Positions 10,010 through 20,639 are shown, counted from the first letter of the stretch. The stretch: DNA of 64,000 nucleotides from a virus (IMGVR_UViG_3300021964_000018:1-64000), one strand, 5' to 3'. The notes: a model not told the origin generated them from the letters alone. Made by a program: numbers and translations.

Positions 10010-11635
10010 TTGGCAAAAGGAACCAAAAGATCGCAAGTTCAAGAAATTATTAAATGTGGAAAAGATCCAAACTATTTTTTTAAGCATTACTTAAAAATTC
10101 AGCACCCAGTAAAAGGTCTTATCCCGTTTGATACATTTCCTTTTCAAGATGATTGTGTTGATCAATTTAATGATCATCGTTTTAATATTGTTTTAAAGTC
10201 TAGACAGTTAGGTTTGTCAACTTTAGTAGCAGCATATTCTGTATGGATGGCAATATTTCAGCGTGAAAAGAATATCCTTATTATTGCGACAAAACTAGCT
10301 GTTGCACAAAACTTTATTATAAAAGTAAAGACAATGATCAGGTCATTACCAAAGTGGTTGTTAATACCTGAGATTATTGCGAATAACAAACAAGTAATTC
10401 AGTTTAATCACGGATCTCAAATAAAGGCAATACCAACCTCAGAAGATGCAGGTCGTTCAGAAGCATTGTCATTACTTATTGTTGATGAGGCAGCTTTCGT
10501 AAGAAACTTTGATACTATTTGGACAGGTATTTATCCGACAATCTCCACCGGTGGGCGTGTTATTATTCTTTCAACTCCAAATGGTGCAGGAGGACAATAT
10601 TATCAATTGTATTCCAAGGCTGAAGCGGGTTTAAATGAATTTAATGCTATAAAACTACCTTGGGAATGTCATCCAGAACGAGATGACGAATGGTTTGAAA
10701 AAACTACTGCAAACATGTCAAAAAAGCAAATTGCGCAAGAGTACCTTTGTGATTTTGCAGCATCAGGCGAAACGTTTTTAGATAATCAGTCTATTGAATG
10801 GTTAAGAACATGTGTACAACCTCCAATAATGAGAGACGGATTTGATAAAAATGTATGGATATGGAAACAACCACTTTCAGAACATGATTATATACTTTCA
10901 GCTGACGTCGCTAGAGGTGATTCAAAAGACTATTCTACATTTCATATAATAGATAATGCAACTAATGAAGTTGTTGCAGAATATAAAGGAAAAATTAGAC
11001 CTGATAACTTTGCTGATTTAATTAATGAATTCGGACTTCGTTATAATAAAGCATTAGTTTGTCCGGAAAATAATAGCTACGGTTTTGCCACAATTCTTAA
11101 ACTATTAGAAATGAATTACCCAAGAATGTATTACAGAAAAAAGAAAAATTCTGTTTATTTAGGTTCTTATGTTCCCAAGTCTTCTGCAGACTCTGCAGGT
11201 TTCAATACTAACGGAAAGACAAGAGGCACTATTTTAGCTAAACTTGAAGAGGTTATAAGAAACAAACAATTAATATGTTATTCTTCACGCTTTTATGAAG
11301 AACTTAAAGTTTTTACATGGCAAAGTGGTAGAGCGCAAGCAAAGAGAGGTTTTAATGATGACCTGGTAATGAGCCTTGCAATTGGTTCATGGTTATTTGA
11401 TGCATCTACTGATTATAGCAAATCTTCTCGTGCAATTAATGATGCGATGTTAAGTGCATTTAGTGTAAGAAAAAACGAATACAATGATACGCCAAATGCA
11501 GTCTTAGAAGATGTTTCTTCACTTCCACCTTTTATGCCATCTGGGCGTGGTGATAGAAATAATATAAAACAAAATATTAAAGATACATTAAAACGCAGTA
11601 ATATACCTAAAGATATGCTATGGGTAATTAAATAA
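10010..11635 (+). CDS. terL: Terminase large subunit (T4 gp17-like)
   Basis: Walker A KSRQLGLST, Walker B LLIVDEAAF, STPNG coupling motif, nuclease motifs ADVARG...DYS and DDLVMSLAI. Confidence 0.95.
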   Translation: MAKGTKRSQVQEIIKCGKDPNYFFKHYLKIQHPVKGLIPFDTFPFQDDCVDQFNDHRFNIVLKSRQLGLSTLVAAYSVWMAIFQREKNILIIATKLAVAQNFIIKVKTMIRSLPKWLLIPEIIANNKQVIQFNHGSQIKAIPTSEDAGRSEALSLLIVDEAAFVRNFDTIWTGIYPTISTGGRVIILSTPNGAGGQYYQLYSKAEAGLNEFNAIKLPWECHPERDDEWFEKTTANMSKKQIAQEYLCDFAASGETFLDNQSIEWLRTCVQPPIMRDGFDKNVWIWKQPLSEHDYILSADVARGDSKDYSTFHIIDNATNEVVAEYKGKIRPDNFADLINEFGLRYNKALVCPENNSYGFATILKLLEMNYPRMYYRKKKNSVYLGSYVPKSSADSAGFNTNGKTRGTILAKLEEVIRNKQLICYSSRFYEELKVFTWQSGRAQAKRGFNDDLVMSLAIGSWLFDASTDYSKSSRAINDAMLSAFSVRKNEYNDTPNAVLEDVSSLPPFMPSGRGDRNNIKQNIKDTLKRSNIPKDMLWVIK

Positions 11636-11645
11636 AGAGTAAATT

Positions 11646-13739
11646 ATGGCGAATGAGAAAAAAGGAAATCTTTTTAAACAATTAACACGTCTTTTTAGAA
11701 GCGGACCGGTTGTTAAAAGAAATATAATAAAAAGTAAAGCAGATACGAGAACTAGTTCTGCTTTTGAGCAATTTAGAAAAAATCAATCACAAGTGTATTC
11801 AGCAGCTATGTCAGCATACGGTGCATATGACAGAATGGCAAGATATTCAGACTTTAGTGAAATGGAATATACACCTGAGATTGCTTCTGCTTTGGACATA
11901 TACTCTGAAGAATCAGTTGCTGCTGATGAAAACGGAAAGACATTACATATATACTCTGAAAATTCTAAAATAAGACAAATATTAACAGAATTATTCTATG
12001 ATACACTTAATGTAGAATTTAATATGTCGCCATGGATAAGAAACTTAGTTAAATACGGTGATTTCTTTTTATTCAATGATGTACATCCAGAGCAAGGTGT
12101 AATTAATGCATATCCTCTTCCAATATCTGAAATAGAAAGAGAAGAAGGATTCGATCCTAATGATCCAATGGCAGTTCGTTTTAGATGGGTGACGCAAGGT
12201 AATCAAATTCTAGAAAACTGGCAAGTTTCACATATGAGACTGTTAGGTAATGATGCATTTTTGCCGTACGGTTCATCAGTATTAGAGCCGGCTCGTCGAA
12301 TATGGCGACAATTAATACTCTTAGAAGACGCAATGATGGTAATGCGTGTTGTAAGAGCTCCTGATAGAAGAGTTTTTTATATTGACGTAGGCAATGTACC
12401 ACCTGAAGACATACCAAACTATATGGAACAAGCGCAATCTTCTCTTAAAAGATCTGGCGTTGTTGATAAAAGTACAGGACGTGTAGATTTACGTTATAAT
12501 CCACTTTCTATTGATGAAGATTATTTTATTCCAGTGCGAGGATCTGATAGCGGTACAAAAATTGATCAGGTAGGCGGGCAAGGAATTACAGGCGACACAA
12601 ATGATGTTGAATATATTCAGAAGAAACTTTTTGCTGCTCTTAAAATACCTAAGGCTTATCTAGGTTATGATGAAGGTTTAGGTGCAAAAGCAACGCTTTC
12701 TCAAGAAGATATACGTTTTAGTAGAACTATTGCAAGAATTCAAAGAACAATATTATCTGAGATGAATAAAATAGCAATTGTACATTTATATTGCCACGGT
12801 TTCACAGATGAAGATCTTGTCGATTTTACGCTTAAATTATCAAATCCGTCTACTATAGCACAACAACAAAAGCTAGAATTATTTAAAGGTAGATTTGAAG
12901 CTGCGAGCAGCGCATTAAGTACGCCTGGATTGATTGACAGAGCATGGGTACAGAAAAATATTTTAAGATTAAATGACGAAGAAATAAAAGCTGTCAAAAA
13001 AGGATTACTTGAAGATAAATTAACAGATTTAGAAATTGAATCTACGCAGCTTGTTGCTCCTGAAGGTCCAGAAGGAGCTCCTCCACCATTAGACTTAAAC
13101 ATGGGCGGCGGAATGCCTATGCCACCCGATATGGGTGGAGGAATGGAATCAATGCCATCACCTGACACACCTCCTGTTCCAATGCCTGGCCTAGACTTAG
13201 GTGGAGGTCCAGCACTTTCAGAAAAAAATATGTTATCAATACAAGATGATGATATGCCAATAAAGATTCAAAATAAAATCAATGCAAGTTTAAATTTAAT
13301 TAACGAAGATGATAAAAAAAATGAAAATGAAGACGATACTTTAACAGAGTTTGAAAAATGGCAAAAAGATCAAGTAGCGTCAAAAGAAGTTAGTCGTAAA
13401 AAGAAAGAAAAATATGCTCGAAAAAATCATTTATTCTCTGATAATCATTTTAGTGAGTACCAGAGAAATAGAAGACGTGAAAAAGATGTCTTTTATGATG
13501 TACATCATGATTTAAAATCTCCTGCTAAATATAAGGCAGAAAAATTAGATGAGCTAAGTGGTGATAATATTAACATTGACGAATATTTAGATAACAAGAT
13601 TATAAAAAATGCTGAATTAACAAATAGCATTAAATCAACCTTAAAAAGATTTGACAACAATTTTGGAGTTTCGCCAAAAAATAAAATTATAATTTCTGAG
13701 ACAAAAAATTCATCAGGAGAAGAAGGAAGCAATGAGTAA
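11646..13739 (+). CDS. Portal protein (T4 gp20-like) with long C-terminal extension
   Basis: LLEDAM..RVVRAPDRRVFYIDVGNVP, EDYFIPVRG, YIQKKLFAALKIP, EDIRFSRTI; Pro/Gly/Met-rich linker. Confidence 0.95.
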   Translation: MANEKKGNLFKQLTRLFRSGPVVKRNIIKSKADTRTSSAFEQFRKNQSQVYSAAMSAYGAYDRMARYSDFSEMEYTPEIASALDIYSEESVAADENGKTLHIYSENSKIRQILTELFYDTLNVEFNMSPWIRNLVKYGDFFLFNDVHPEQGVINAYPLPISEIEREEGFDPNDPMAVRFRWVTQGNQILENWQVSHMRLLGNDAFLPYGSSVLEPARRIWRQLILLEDAMMVMRVVRAPDRRVFYIDVGNVPPEDIPNYMEQAQSSLKRSGVVDKSTGRVDLRYNPLSIDEDYFIPVRGSDSGTKIDQVGGQGITGDTNDVEYIQKKLFAALKIPKAYLGYDEGLGAKATLSQEDIRFSRTIARIQRTILSEMNKIAIVHLYCHGFTDEDLVDFTLKLSNPSTIAQQQKLELFKGRFEAASSALSTPGLIDRAWVQKNILRLNDEEIKAVKKGLLEDKLTDLEIESTQLVAPEGPEGAPPPLDLNMGGGMPMPPDMGGGMESMPSPDTPPVPMPGLDLGGGPALSEKNMLSIQDDDMPIKIQNKINASLNLINEDDKKNENEDDTLTEFEKWQKDQVASKEVSRKKKEKYARKNHLFSDNHFSEYQRNRRREKDVFYDVHHDLKSPAKYKAEKLDELSGDNINIDEYLDNKIIKNAELTNSIKSTLKRFDNNFGVSPKNKIIISETKNSSGEEGSNE

Positions 13740-14592
13740 AATTAAGCACAATAAAAAAAGAAACGTAGGTATTATTTACGAGCTATTAGTAAGAAATATG
13801 ACCCGCGCTTTAGTGTCAGAAAACATTTCCAAAGTTAATAAAATCAAAGCATTAATCGAAAAACACTTTAATAAAAGTACTGAACTATACCAAGAATATA
13901 GAATTTTTAATGCGCTCTCTAATGGACTTAAAAATTCCGAATACAGCAGAGAAACTGCAACTGCTTTGTTAAATGAATCTAAAAAAGTTTGCAATAAAAT
14001 TAATTCAAAAAAATTAGAAAGAGAAAAATCTTTTTTAATCAAAGAGATAAATTATTCTTTTGGAAAAAAGTTTTATTTTGAACATATTCCTAACTACGTT
14101 GATTTGGCAACAATTCAAATCGTAATGAATGAATGGAAAAAAGATAATTTTAATATTAAAGATGCAGTTATGTTAGAAGAAAAAGTAATTAGCTCATTAG
14201 TTAATGCAAAAAAAGAAGATCAATATACTAATTTGACAGAATCAATTAATAATACTCAGTCTGATAAGATTGTTATGAATATCATGACGAAAAAGATTAA
14301 TGAAAAATATAATCATATGTCTAATGATCAAAAAAACTTAATTAAAAGCTATGCCTTCTTTTTCGAAAAAGATAAAGATAGATTAATATCTTATTTGAGT
14401 GAACAAAAAAATAAATCTGTTAAGTTGCTAGAAGGGTTTAAAGAAAAAAATGAAAGTGCTTACTTGGATAACAAAATTAATACTGTGATTAGTAATGTCA
14501 AATCAATTAATGAAAATAACTTATCTGATGACACAATAATCAAATTTTTAACTGTATCACAGTTAATATCAGAACTTAGTTCGGAGGAATAA
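13732..14592 (+). CDS. Conserved head-module protein (putative prohead core component)
   Basis: Lies between portal and protease; KHNKKRNVGIIYELL N-terminus. Confidence 0.55.
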   Translation: MSKIKHNKKRNVGIIYELLVRNMTRALVSENISKVNKIKALIEKHFNKSTELYQEYRIFNALSNGLKNSEYSRETATALLNESKKVCNKINSKKLEREKSFLIKEINYSFGKKFYFEHIPNYVDLATIQIVMNEWKKDNFNIKDAVMLEEKVISSLVNAKKEDQYTNLTESINNTQSDKIVMNIMTKKINEKYNHMSNDQKNLIKSYAFFFEKDKDRLISYLSEQKNKSVKLLEGFKEKNESAYLDNKINTVISNVKSINENNLSDDTIIKFLTVSQLISELSSEE

Positions 14593-14594
14593 AA

Positions 14595-15194
14595 ATGCAA
14601 TTACTCAGAGAATGGTGTGCTTTTAACATTACCAAAGAAATGATCAACGAGTCCAGAGATCGAAATGGTGGAAAGTTAATACTAAAAGGTCCGATCCAAA
14701 AGTCAAATACTCTTAATCAAAATGGAAGAATATATCCTAAAAACATTTTAGAAAGAGAGATTATGAATTATCAAAAGCTAATTCAAGAAAATAGAGCAAT
14801 GGGTGAATGTGATCATCCAGATTCTTCTGTTGTTGAGCTTAAAAATGTTTCTCACGTTGTGAAGGAAGCCTATATGCAAGGTGATATAGTTTATGGAGCA
14901 ATAGAGATATTAGATACACCATCAGGTAAAATTATTCAATCATTAATTGAAAGTGGTGTGACGCTAGGAATATCTTCTCGTGGAGTAGGATCAACACAAA
15001 AACAAGGAAATACACAAATCGTCCAAGATGATTTTCAATTAATTTGTTTTGATATGGTATCAGAACCTTCTACGCCAGGTGCTTTTGTTATGAAAGAAGG
15101 TAAAGAAATTTCTAAAAAAGAGCTTAATAAATTCTTTAACAAAACAGACAGAATTGATAGAATTTTTAATGATATTATTCGGTGGGATAAATGA
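14595..15194 (+). CDS. Prohead maturation protease (T4 gp21-like)
   Basis: NQNGRIYP, GECDHP, VSH, LDTPSG, GISSRGVGS, DMVSEPSTPGA. Confidence 0.95.
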   Translation: MQLLREWCAFNITKEMINESRDRNGGKLILKGPIQKSNTLNQNGRIYPKNILEREIMNYQKLIQENRAMGECDHPDSSVVELKNVSHVVKEAYMQGDIVYGAIEILDTPSGKIIQSLIESGVTLGISSRGVGSTQKQGNTQIVQDDFQLICFDMVSEPSTPGAFVMKEGKEISKKELNKFFNKTDRIDRIFNDIIRWDK

Positions 15195-15652
15195 GCAAAA
15201 TAACAAAAAACGATCTTAAAGGCATTGTAAAAGAATGTTTAATAGAAATTCTTGCAGAAGGATTAATATCAAGCAATTCAAGATTATCAGAAGGCAGTCA
15301 AAAAAGAAACTCAAGAAAACAAGAACTTAAGTCTGAAATTATGAGAAGGCCTGCTTTAGATACTATATCATATGCTAAAAATCAACAACCTGCAGCAATA
15401 GAAAAAAGGCCTGCTCCAAGAATTAATACAAGTATTTCAGATGACCCAATCTTAAATGAAATATTCGCAGATACAGCTGCTTCTACACTTCAAGAACAAT
15501 TAGCAGCAGAAAATAGAAAAGGACACACTGCAGCGAATGTGTCTGTTCAAGGCGATCAGGCAGCAAAAATAGTGGCAGCAAGTAACCCAGAAGATCTTTT
15601 TGGTGAATCCGCATCCAGGTGGTCAAGATTGGCATTTTCTGATCAAAAATAA
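15191..15652 (+). CDS. Hypothetical head-module protein with shared leader
   Basis: MSKITKNDLKGIVKECLIEILAE; translationally coupled to the protease gene. Confidence 0.6.
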   Translation: MSKITKNDLKGIVKECLIEILAEGLISSNSRLSEGSQKRNSRKQELKSEIMRRPALDTISYAKNQQPAAIEKRPAPRINTSISDDPILNEIFADTAASTLQEQLAAENRKGHTAANVSVQGDQAAKIVAASNPEDLFGESASRWSRLAFSDQK

Positions 15653-15678
15653 AAAAGAACCAAAATTAAAACTTTCGT

Positions 15679-15725
15679 CAAAACATGTTTTTGTGTATAA
15701 TTATTTAATGCAAAAACATGTTTTG
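15679..15725. repeat. 18-bp inverted repeat around late-promoter motif ATAATTA; each arm contains the palindrome AAAACATGTTTT
   Basis: CAAAACATGTTTTTGTGT-ataattattta-ATGCAAAAACATGTTTTG. Confidence 0.8.
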
Positions 15726-15751
15726 AATTGTATTTAAAAGGAGTTATAAAA

Positions 15752-16012
15752 ATGTCAAATAGAAGAATTAGAAAACTAACACCTCAGCTGATTAAACGAT
15801 TAATTGCTGAAGAAAAGCAAAAGATTGCCGATTCTAAAAAGAGACAAGCTCGTAAAAAGAAAAATTTAAGTGAAGCAAAAGTTAAAAAAATTAAAAAGCA
15901 AATCAAAGTATTAAATGAAACAAAAGAAATGCAGAAAGAGTTGGTTTTAAAATTTAAGAAGTTGTATCAGTTGAGACAAAAAATCAAAAATAATCTTATT
16001 AAGAGGGTATAA
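15752..16012 (+). CDS. Small basic coiled-coil protein with leader-like N-terminus
   Basis: AAGGAG RBS before ATG 15752; MSNRRIRKLTPQLIKRLIAEE. Confidence 0.6.
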   Translation: MSNRRIRKLTPQLIKRLIAEEKQKIADSKKRQARKKKNLSEAKVKKIKKQIKVLNETKEMQKELVLKFKKLYQLRQKIKNNLIKRV

Positions 16013-16016
16013 ATAA

Positions 16017-16526
16017 ATGGCTGAACAAAAAAGTATTTTAGTAGAACCACTAATCGTTAATGAGCAACCTAAAGGCACAAGAAATGATGCAAATCTTAAA
16101 TCTGCATTTTACGCTTCCCCTATTCATAATAATGAATTGTCTGACGCTGAAAGATTTGAAACTTTTATAAAATTAACAAAAGGTGTAATTGTTAATGGTA
16201 ATGGAATTAATTCTTTTGACACAAGATATCTTGGTAATGATCAAAATCCATTACCAAATTTAGCAGACGTTGAAACTGGAGGTGGAGGTTTACCTTCAAC
16301 ACCTTATACGCCTAATATTACTGCACCTGGACCAGGATCTTTAAACGCTGCAAATCAACCTGCATATGAAGGTGAATTTAAAGATCCTAATAATGTTTCA
16401 AACTTCGGATCCGGTCTTAATAGTTTAACATCTCCTAGCGAAACAGCTTCAAAAATAGCTGAGCAAACTACATTAGGTAATTATATCATGGGAAGATCTT
16501 ATCAAGGTTCCGACGGAAAAGCATAA
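16017..16526 (+). CDS. Hypothetical head-module protein
   Basis: GAGG RBS; Gly/Pro-rich; operon context. Confidence 0.55.
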   Translation: MAEQKSILVEPLIVNEQPKGTRNDANLKSAFYASPIHNNELSDAERFETFIKLTKGVIVNGNGINSFDTRYLGNDQNPLPNLADVETGGGGLPSTPYTPNITAPGPGSLNAANQPAYEGEFKDPNNVSNFGSGLNSLTSPSETASKIAEQTTLGNYIMGRSYQGSDGKA

Positions 16527-17140
16527 TGTATTTAGGCGGCGGTTATAAATTTGGCAATCTAGATTATTACGGGAAGGGCAGATATAGCCCTTCTTTAGGG
16601 AAACAAACTACCGGAAGAGAAAGAATCATCCATACAGTCAATGTTGATGATATAGAAGAATATGATGAAGAAGAAGATGAAATAGACCAATTTGTTAATG
16701 ATCTGAATGATGAGGTTGGTTCACAGATTAAATCAAAGATTACAAATGGTTTACCTATGACGATCACTGATCCTTATGCTCCTCGTTCAACAGACAGAGC
16801 TGCAGGACAATTAAAAAATACTGGCGGGTCAAATATATTTGAGTTTGCTGGATATCACAGGAATCCGATAAGGAAAGGAATATCACCTTATAGACAACCA
16901 AAACATTCCGGACCTCCATTAGGGACGGGAGGTTCAGGTCAGGCTTTTAGGACAACTGGTAATTTTATAGGTATTGGTACACAATATGGATCTTCAAGAC
17001 CTCACAAGTTATTAACAAGTATAGAAGATAATAATATATTTAATCTTTCTGATATAGATGCTCCAATGTTTAGGGCATTTAAACGTCAACAAAATAAGAT
17101 AAAAAAGGTATTATCTATAATTAAAGAATATTTATTGTAG
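16526..17140 (+). CDS. Hypothetical head-module protein
   Basis: TAATG overlap with the previous gene. Confidence 0.55.
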   Translation: MYLGGGYKFGNLDYYGKGRYSPSLGKQTTGRERIIHTVNVDDIEEYDEEEDEIDQFVNDLNDEVGSQIKSKITNGLPMTITDPYAPRSTDRAAGQLKNTGGSNIFEFAGYHRNPIRKGISPYRQPKHSGPPLGTGGSGQAFRTTGNFIGIGTQYGSSRPHKLLTSIEDNNIFNLSDIDAPMFRAFKRQQNKIKKVLSIIKEYLL

Positions 17141-17168
17141 AAATTAAATTTTGCACGAGGAACAATAT

Positions 17169-18632
17169 ATGTCAAAATTATTTGAAGAAGCTTTAGCAGA
17201 CGCCAAAAGATTAAAGGAAGTCGCTGAAGAAAATGCAAAGAAAGCAATTTTAGAATCGATTACACCTAAAATTAAAAGTTTTATTGATCAGCAGATCATT
17301 GAACAAACTGAGCCTGAAATTGAAGAGGTTGAAGCTGAAGAGGAAGAAGAGGCAAACGAATATGCTAATTTGGACGAAGATTCAATTACATCTTTAATGG
17401 AAATGTTAGGTGTCAAAAAGAATATTGCAGAATCTAATATTAAATCTGCAGTTAATAAAATGAGTCATCAACAACGTAAAAACCTTAGTGAGGCAGCAAA
17501 AAAAGCTAACTCTGATGATAAATTGACACGTAATGAAATAAATAATCAATATAGAAATTTACTTGAGGAGATATCAATGAATAAAGAACGTTATTACGAA
17601 GTTGACTTAAAGGCACTTCGTGAAGCTGTTGAAAAAGAAGCAGATGACATTGCTGCTAAAGAAGAATTAAAACACGAAATGAGTGATCTTTACGAAGAGG
17701 AAGAAGGATCCCATGAAGAAGGTTATGGTCTTGATGAAGAAGAAATCGACAAAGAAGCCATGGATCATCTTATAAATGAAATCAAGCTTGCTCTTGACTT
17801 AGGCGAAGATATCGAAGAAGATATGATTCCTGAGGAACTTAGAGGAATGATCATAGATGACGAAGATGAATCTGACGAAGAACTTGACATGGAAGATTCT
17901 GAAGAAGAGAGTGAAGAAGAAGGAGAGGAGGGCATTGAAGACATGCTTCCACCCCTTGAAGGCGAAGAAGGTGAAGATGCTGAGCCTGCACCTCTTGAAG
18001 AAGTTTTTGAAGTAGATCCTAATATGCTTCGTCAAGAATTAAGAAATATTAGAAATATGTTAAGTGAAGGAAAAGTTGATCATCATTTTGGTGGAAAAGG
18101 TGAATCTAATGCAGGTCATGCTAATGCATTTGGTGGAAAAGGTGCTAAAAAACTTGGACATCAAAAATCATTTGGTGGCGGAGCTCCTGGAAAGGATGTA
18201 TTTGTTAATCCACCCGCTTCACTTAAGAAATTAAACGAAAATATTCGCAATCTGAGACGTCAAAATCGAGCTCAGCAAGAGAAACTGAATAAATACAGAG
18301 GTGCAGTTCAAACACTTCGTGAGCAGTTGGAAGATCTCAACCTATTTAATGCAAAGTTGCTCTACGTAAATAAACTTTTACAGAACAATACTTTGTCTGA
18401 ATCTCAAAAGAAATCAGTTATCAAAGCATTGGACGAAGCAAAAAGTTTGAGTGAAACTAAGTCATTATACACATCACTTACTGAATCTCTATCAGTTTCA
18501 GCATCAAAGAAAACTTTGAGTGAATCAACTAGATTCGGTAGTTCTTCAAGAACAACAACTTCAGCTTCTACACATTCAGATAAAACCGTTGGTGAGTCTG
18601 ATCGTTGGGCAAAGTTGGCTGGTCTTAAATAA
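17169..18632 (+). CDS. Prohead scaffolding/core protein (gp22-like role)
   Basis: Very acidic and coiled-coil; immediately upstream of the MCP; NLFNAKLLYVNKL and terminal RWAKLAGLK; many L-x-E sites; GAGG RBS before ATG 17169. Confidence 0.8.
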   Translation: MSKLFEEALADAKRLKEVAEENAKKAILESITPKIKSFIDQQIIEQTEPEIEEVEAEEEEEANEYANLDEDSITSLMEMLGVKKNIAESNIKSAVNKMSHQQRKNLSEAAKKANSDDKLTRNEINNQYRNLLEEISMNKERYYEVDLKALREAVEKEADDIAAKEELKHEMSDLYEEEEGSHEEGYGLDEEEIDKEAMDHLINEIKLALDLGEDIEEDMIPEELRGMIIDDEDESDEELDMEDSEEESEEEGEEGIEDMLPPLEGEEGEDAEPAPLEEVFEVDPNMLRQELRNIRNMLSEGKVDHHFGGKGESNAGHANAFGGKGAKKLGHQKSFGGGAPGKDVFVNPPASLKKLNENIRNLRRQNRAQQEKLNKYRGAVQTLREQLEDLNLFNAKLLYVNKLLQNNTLSESQKKSVIKALDEAKSLSETKSLYTSLTESLSVSASKKTLSESTRFGSSSRTTTSASTHSDKTVGESDRWAKLAGLK

Positions 18633-18673
18633 ACTGTTCAAACAATTAATTAATTTTATAGGAGATAAAACAA

Positions 18674-20590
18674 ATGTCTAGATCATTTAGTTTAAATCAA
18701 CTGACAGAAGGAATTAGAGAACGCCACTTAGGCGCTGATTCTTCTCGTCTTGTGTCCAAGTGGACACGTACAGGTCTTCTTCGAGGACTTCAAGAAAACA
18801 ACCGCGAAAACATGGCTCGCATGCTTGAAAACCAAGCGTCTCAGCTCCTTCGCGAAGCAAACACTTTAGGTAGCGGTGGATCTGCTGGAAACATTGATGG
18901 TTTTACCAATATCGCTTTTCCAATCGTTCGTCGAGTATTCGGTGGATTGGTAGCAAACGAATTAGTTTCTATTCAACCTATGTCTTTACCTTCCGGACTT
19001 CTTTTCTATCTTGATTATTCATATGGAGCAGATGTTGGTGGTGATGGAACTGGTGATGGAAACACAGATGCTACTTATGCTTCAACTTACAATAGAGGTG
19101 ATTCTCTTTATGGAAATCCTGGTGGTTCTAGTATCCGTACTGGTGCATCTGCAGTTGGTGGTCAATATGATCTTGCAGGTTCAGGATATTCAAAAGTTCA
19201 CGGAACTTATAAATTGAATGAAGGTTTGGCTCATATTGGTAAATTTGGAACCGGTGCTTCTCAATCAGGTGCAAATGGTGTAGCTGGTGTAGAAGGTGCT
19301 GACGGTAAATTACTACAATTTGACCCACAGATCATCAAAAGAATTAATGATGGCGACGCAGAATATGCATTCTTGGTTGCTTCAGCTTCAGTTCTTGTTG
19401 AAGATGCTGCAACTGGACGTTCATTAGACCCAACACAAGTTAAGCAAATTGCTTTATTTAGTGCTCTTGGCACTACAAATGGATTTACAGTACCTCCTGC
19501 TACTGTTCAAGGTGGAAGCAATGTATTGAACGTTCGTCGCCTTAATCAGTTAGGTACTATGGCAGGTGCACAGGACGCAATTACATTCACTCCTGATCCT
19601 CTTAAAGCACTTACTGATCTTGACGCAGGTATTCTTTTTGTAATGGAACTTGCTGATGGCGCAACTCCTGACGCGGATGCCGCTGGATTGGCAGCTGTAA
19701 CTAATCTTACTGCTTCTTTCCCAGTTGCTGATTCAGTATCAGCTGAAGGTGGAACTGGTGGAACTCTTGTTATTCCAAGCTTTGAGTCAGATTTTGCAGC
19801 TTCTCCAAGCCCAGTTATTCCTGAGATTGATATTAAGATTGAGTCTATCGCGGTAACAGCGACCACACGTAAGTTAAGAGCTCGTTGGTCTCCAGAACTT
19901 GCGCAAGATCTTAATGCTTATCACTCAATGGATGCTGAAGTTGAATTGACTCAGATTCTTTCTGAGCAGATTGCACTTGAGATCGATCGTGAGATTCTTA
20001 ATGATCTTCTTACAGAAGCAAAAGCAGCTAACTACTACTGGTCACGTGCTCCTGGTAAATTCGTTAAGAAGGATACTGGTGTCGTTGCATCTAGCACTAT
20101 TGGACCTAATTTCACGGGTACAGTTCGCGAATGGTACGAAACTCTTGTTGAAACCATTATCGACGTTGCTAACGAAATTCACAGAAAGACTCTTCGTGGA
20201 GCAGCTAACTTTATCGTGGTTTCACCTGAAGTAGCTACTATCTTCGAAGCTTCAGTTCTTTACAAGCCTTCTATCAAGATTGATGGACAAGGACAAGTTG
20301 GAACTCCTTTCTCTATCGGTGCAGAAGCTATTGGATCTCTTTCAAATCGCTTTACGGTTTACAAAGATCCTTACTTCCCACGCAACAAGATCCTTGTAGG
20401 ATACAAAGGTGGATCATATCTTGAGTCTGGATACGTCTATGCTCCTTATGTACCACTCATCGTTACTCCTACAATCTTCGCTCCTGAAGATTTCACACCA
20501 AGAAAAGGTGTAATGACTCGTTACGGTAAGAAAATGGTACGTGCCGATTTCTACGGAACAGTTACATGCCTTGACATGGACGTGATCTAA
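18674..20590 (+). CDS. Major capsid protein (T4 gp23-like) with a large internal insertion
   Basis: FPIVRRVF, VSIQPMSLPSGLLFYL, TRKLRARWSPELAQDLNAYH, EIDREIL, YAPYVPL, FTPRKGVMTRYG; propeptide ending LLRE/A. Confidence 0.97.
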   Translation: MSRSFSLNQLTEGIRERHLGADSSRLVSKWTRTGLLRGLQENNRENMARMLENQASQLLREANTLGSGGSAGNIDGFTNIAFPIVRRVFGGLVANELVSIQPMSLPSGLLFYLDYSYGADVGGDGTGDGNTDATYASTYNRGDSLYGNPGGSSIRTGASAVGGQYDLAGSGYSKVHGTYKLNEGLAHIGKFGTGASQSGANGVAGVEGADGKLLQFDPQIIKRINDGDAEYAFLVASASVLVEDAATGRSLDPTQVKQIALFSALGTTNGFTVPPATVQGGSNVLNVRRLNQLGTMAGAQDAITFTPDPLKALTDLDAGILFVMELADGATPDADAAGLAAVTNLTASFPVADSVSAEGGTGGTLVIPSFESDFAASPSPVIPEIDIKIESIAVTATTRKLRARWSPELAQDLNAYHSMDAEVELTQILSEQIALEIDREILNDLLTEAKAANYYWSRAPGKFVKKDTGVVASSTIGPNFTGTVREWYETLVETIIDVANEIHRKTLRGAANFIVVSPEVATIFEASVLYKPSIKIDGQGQVGTPFSIGAEAIGSLSNRFTVYKDPYFPRNKILVGYKGGSYLESGYVYAPYVPLIVTPTIFAPEDFTPRKGVMTRYGKKMVRADFYGTVTCLDMDVI

Positions 20591-20613
20591 TCTTTAGGTA
20601 GATTCTGTTAACT

Positions 20614-20639
20614 AAGGCGACCTTTTGGTCGCCTTTTTT
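20614..20639 (+). terminator. Rho-independent terminator after the MCP gene
   Basis: AAGGCGACC-TTTT-GGTCGCCTT followed by a T run. Confidence 0.9.
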
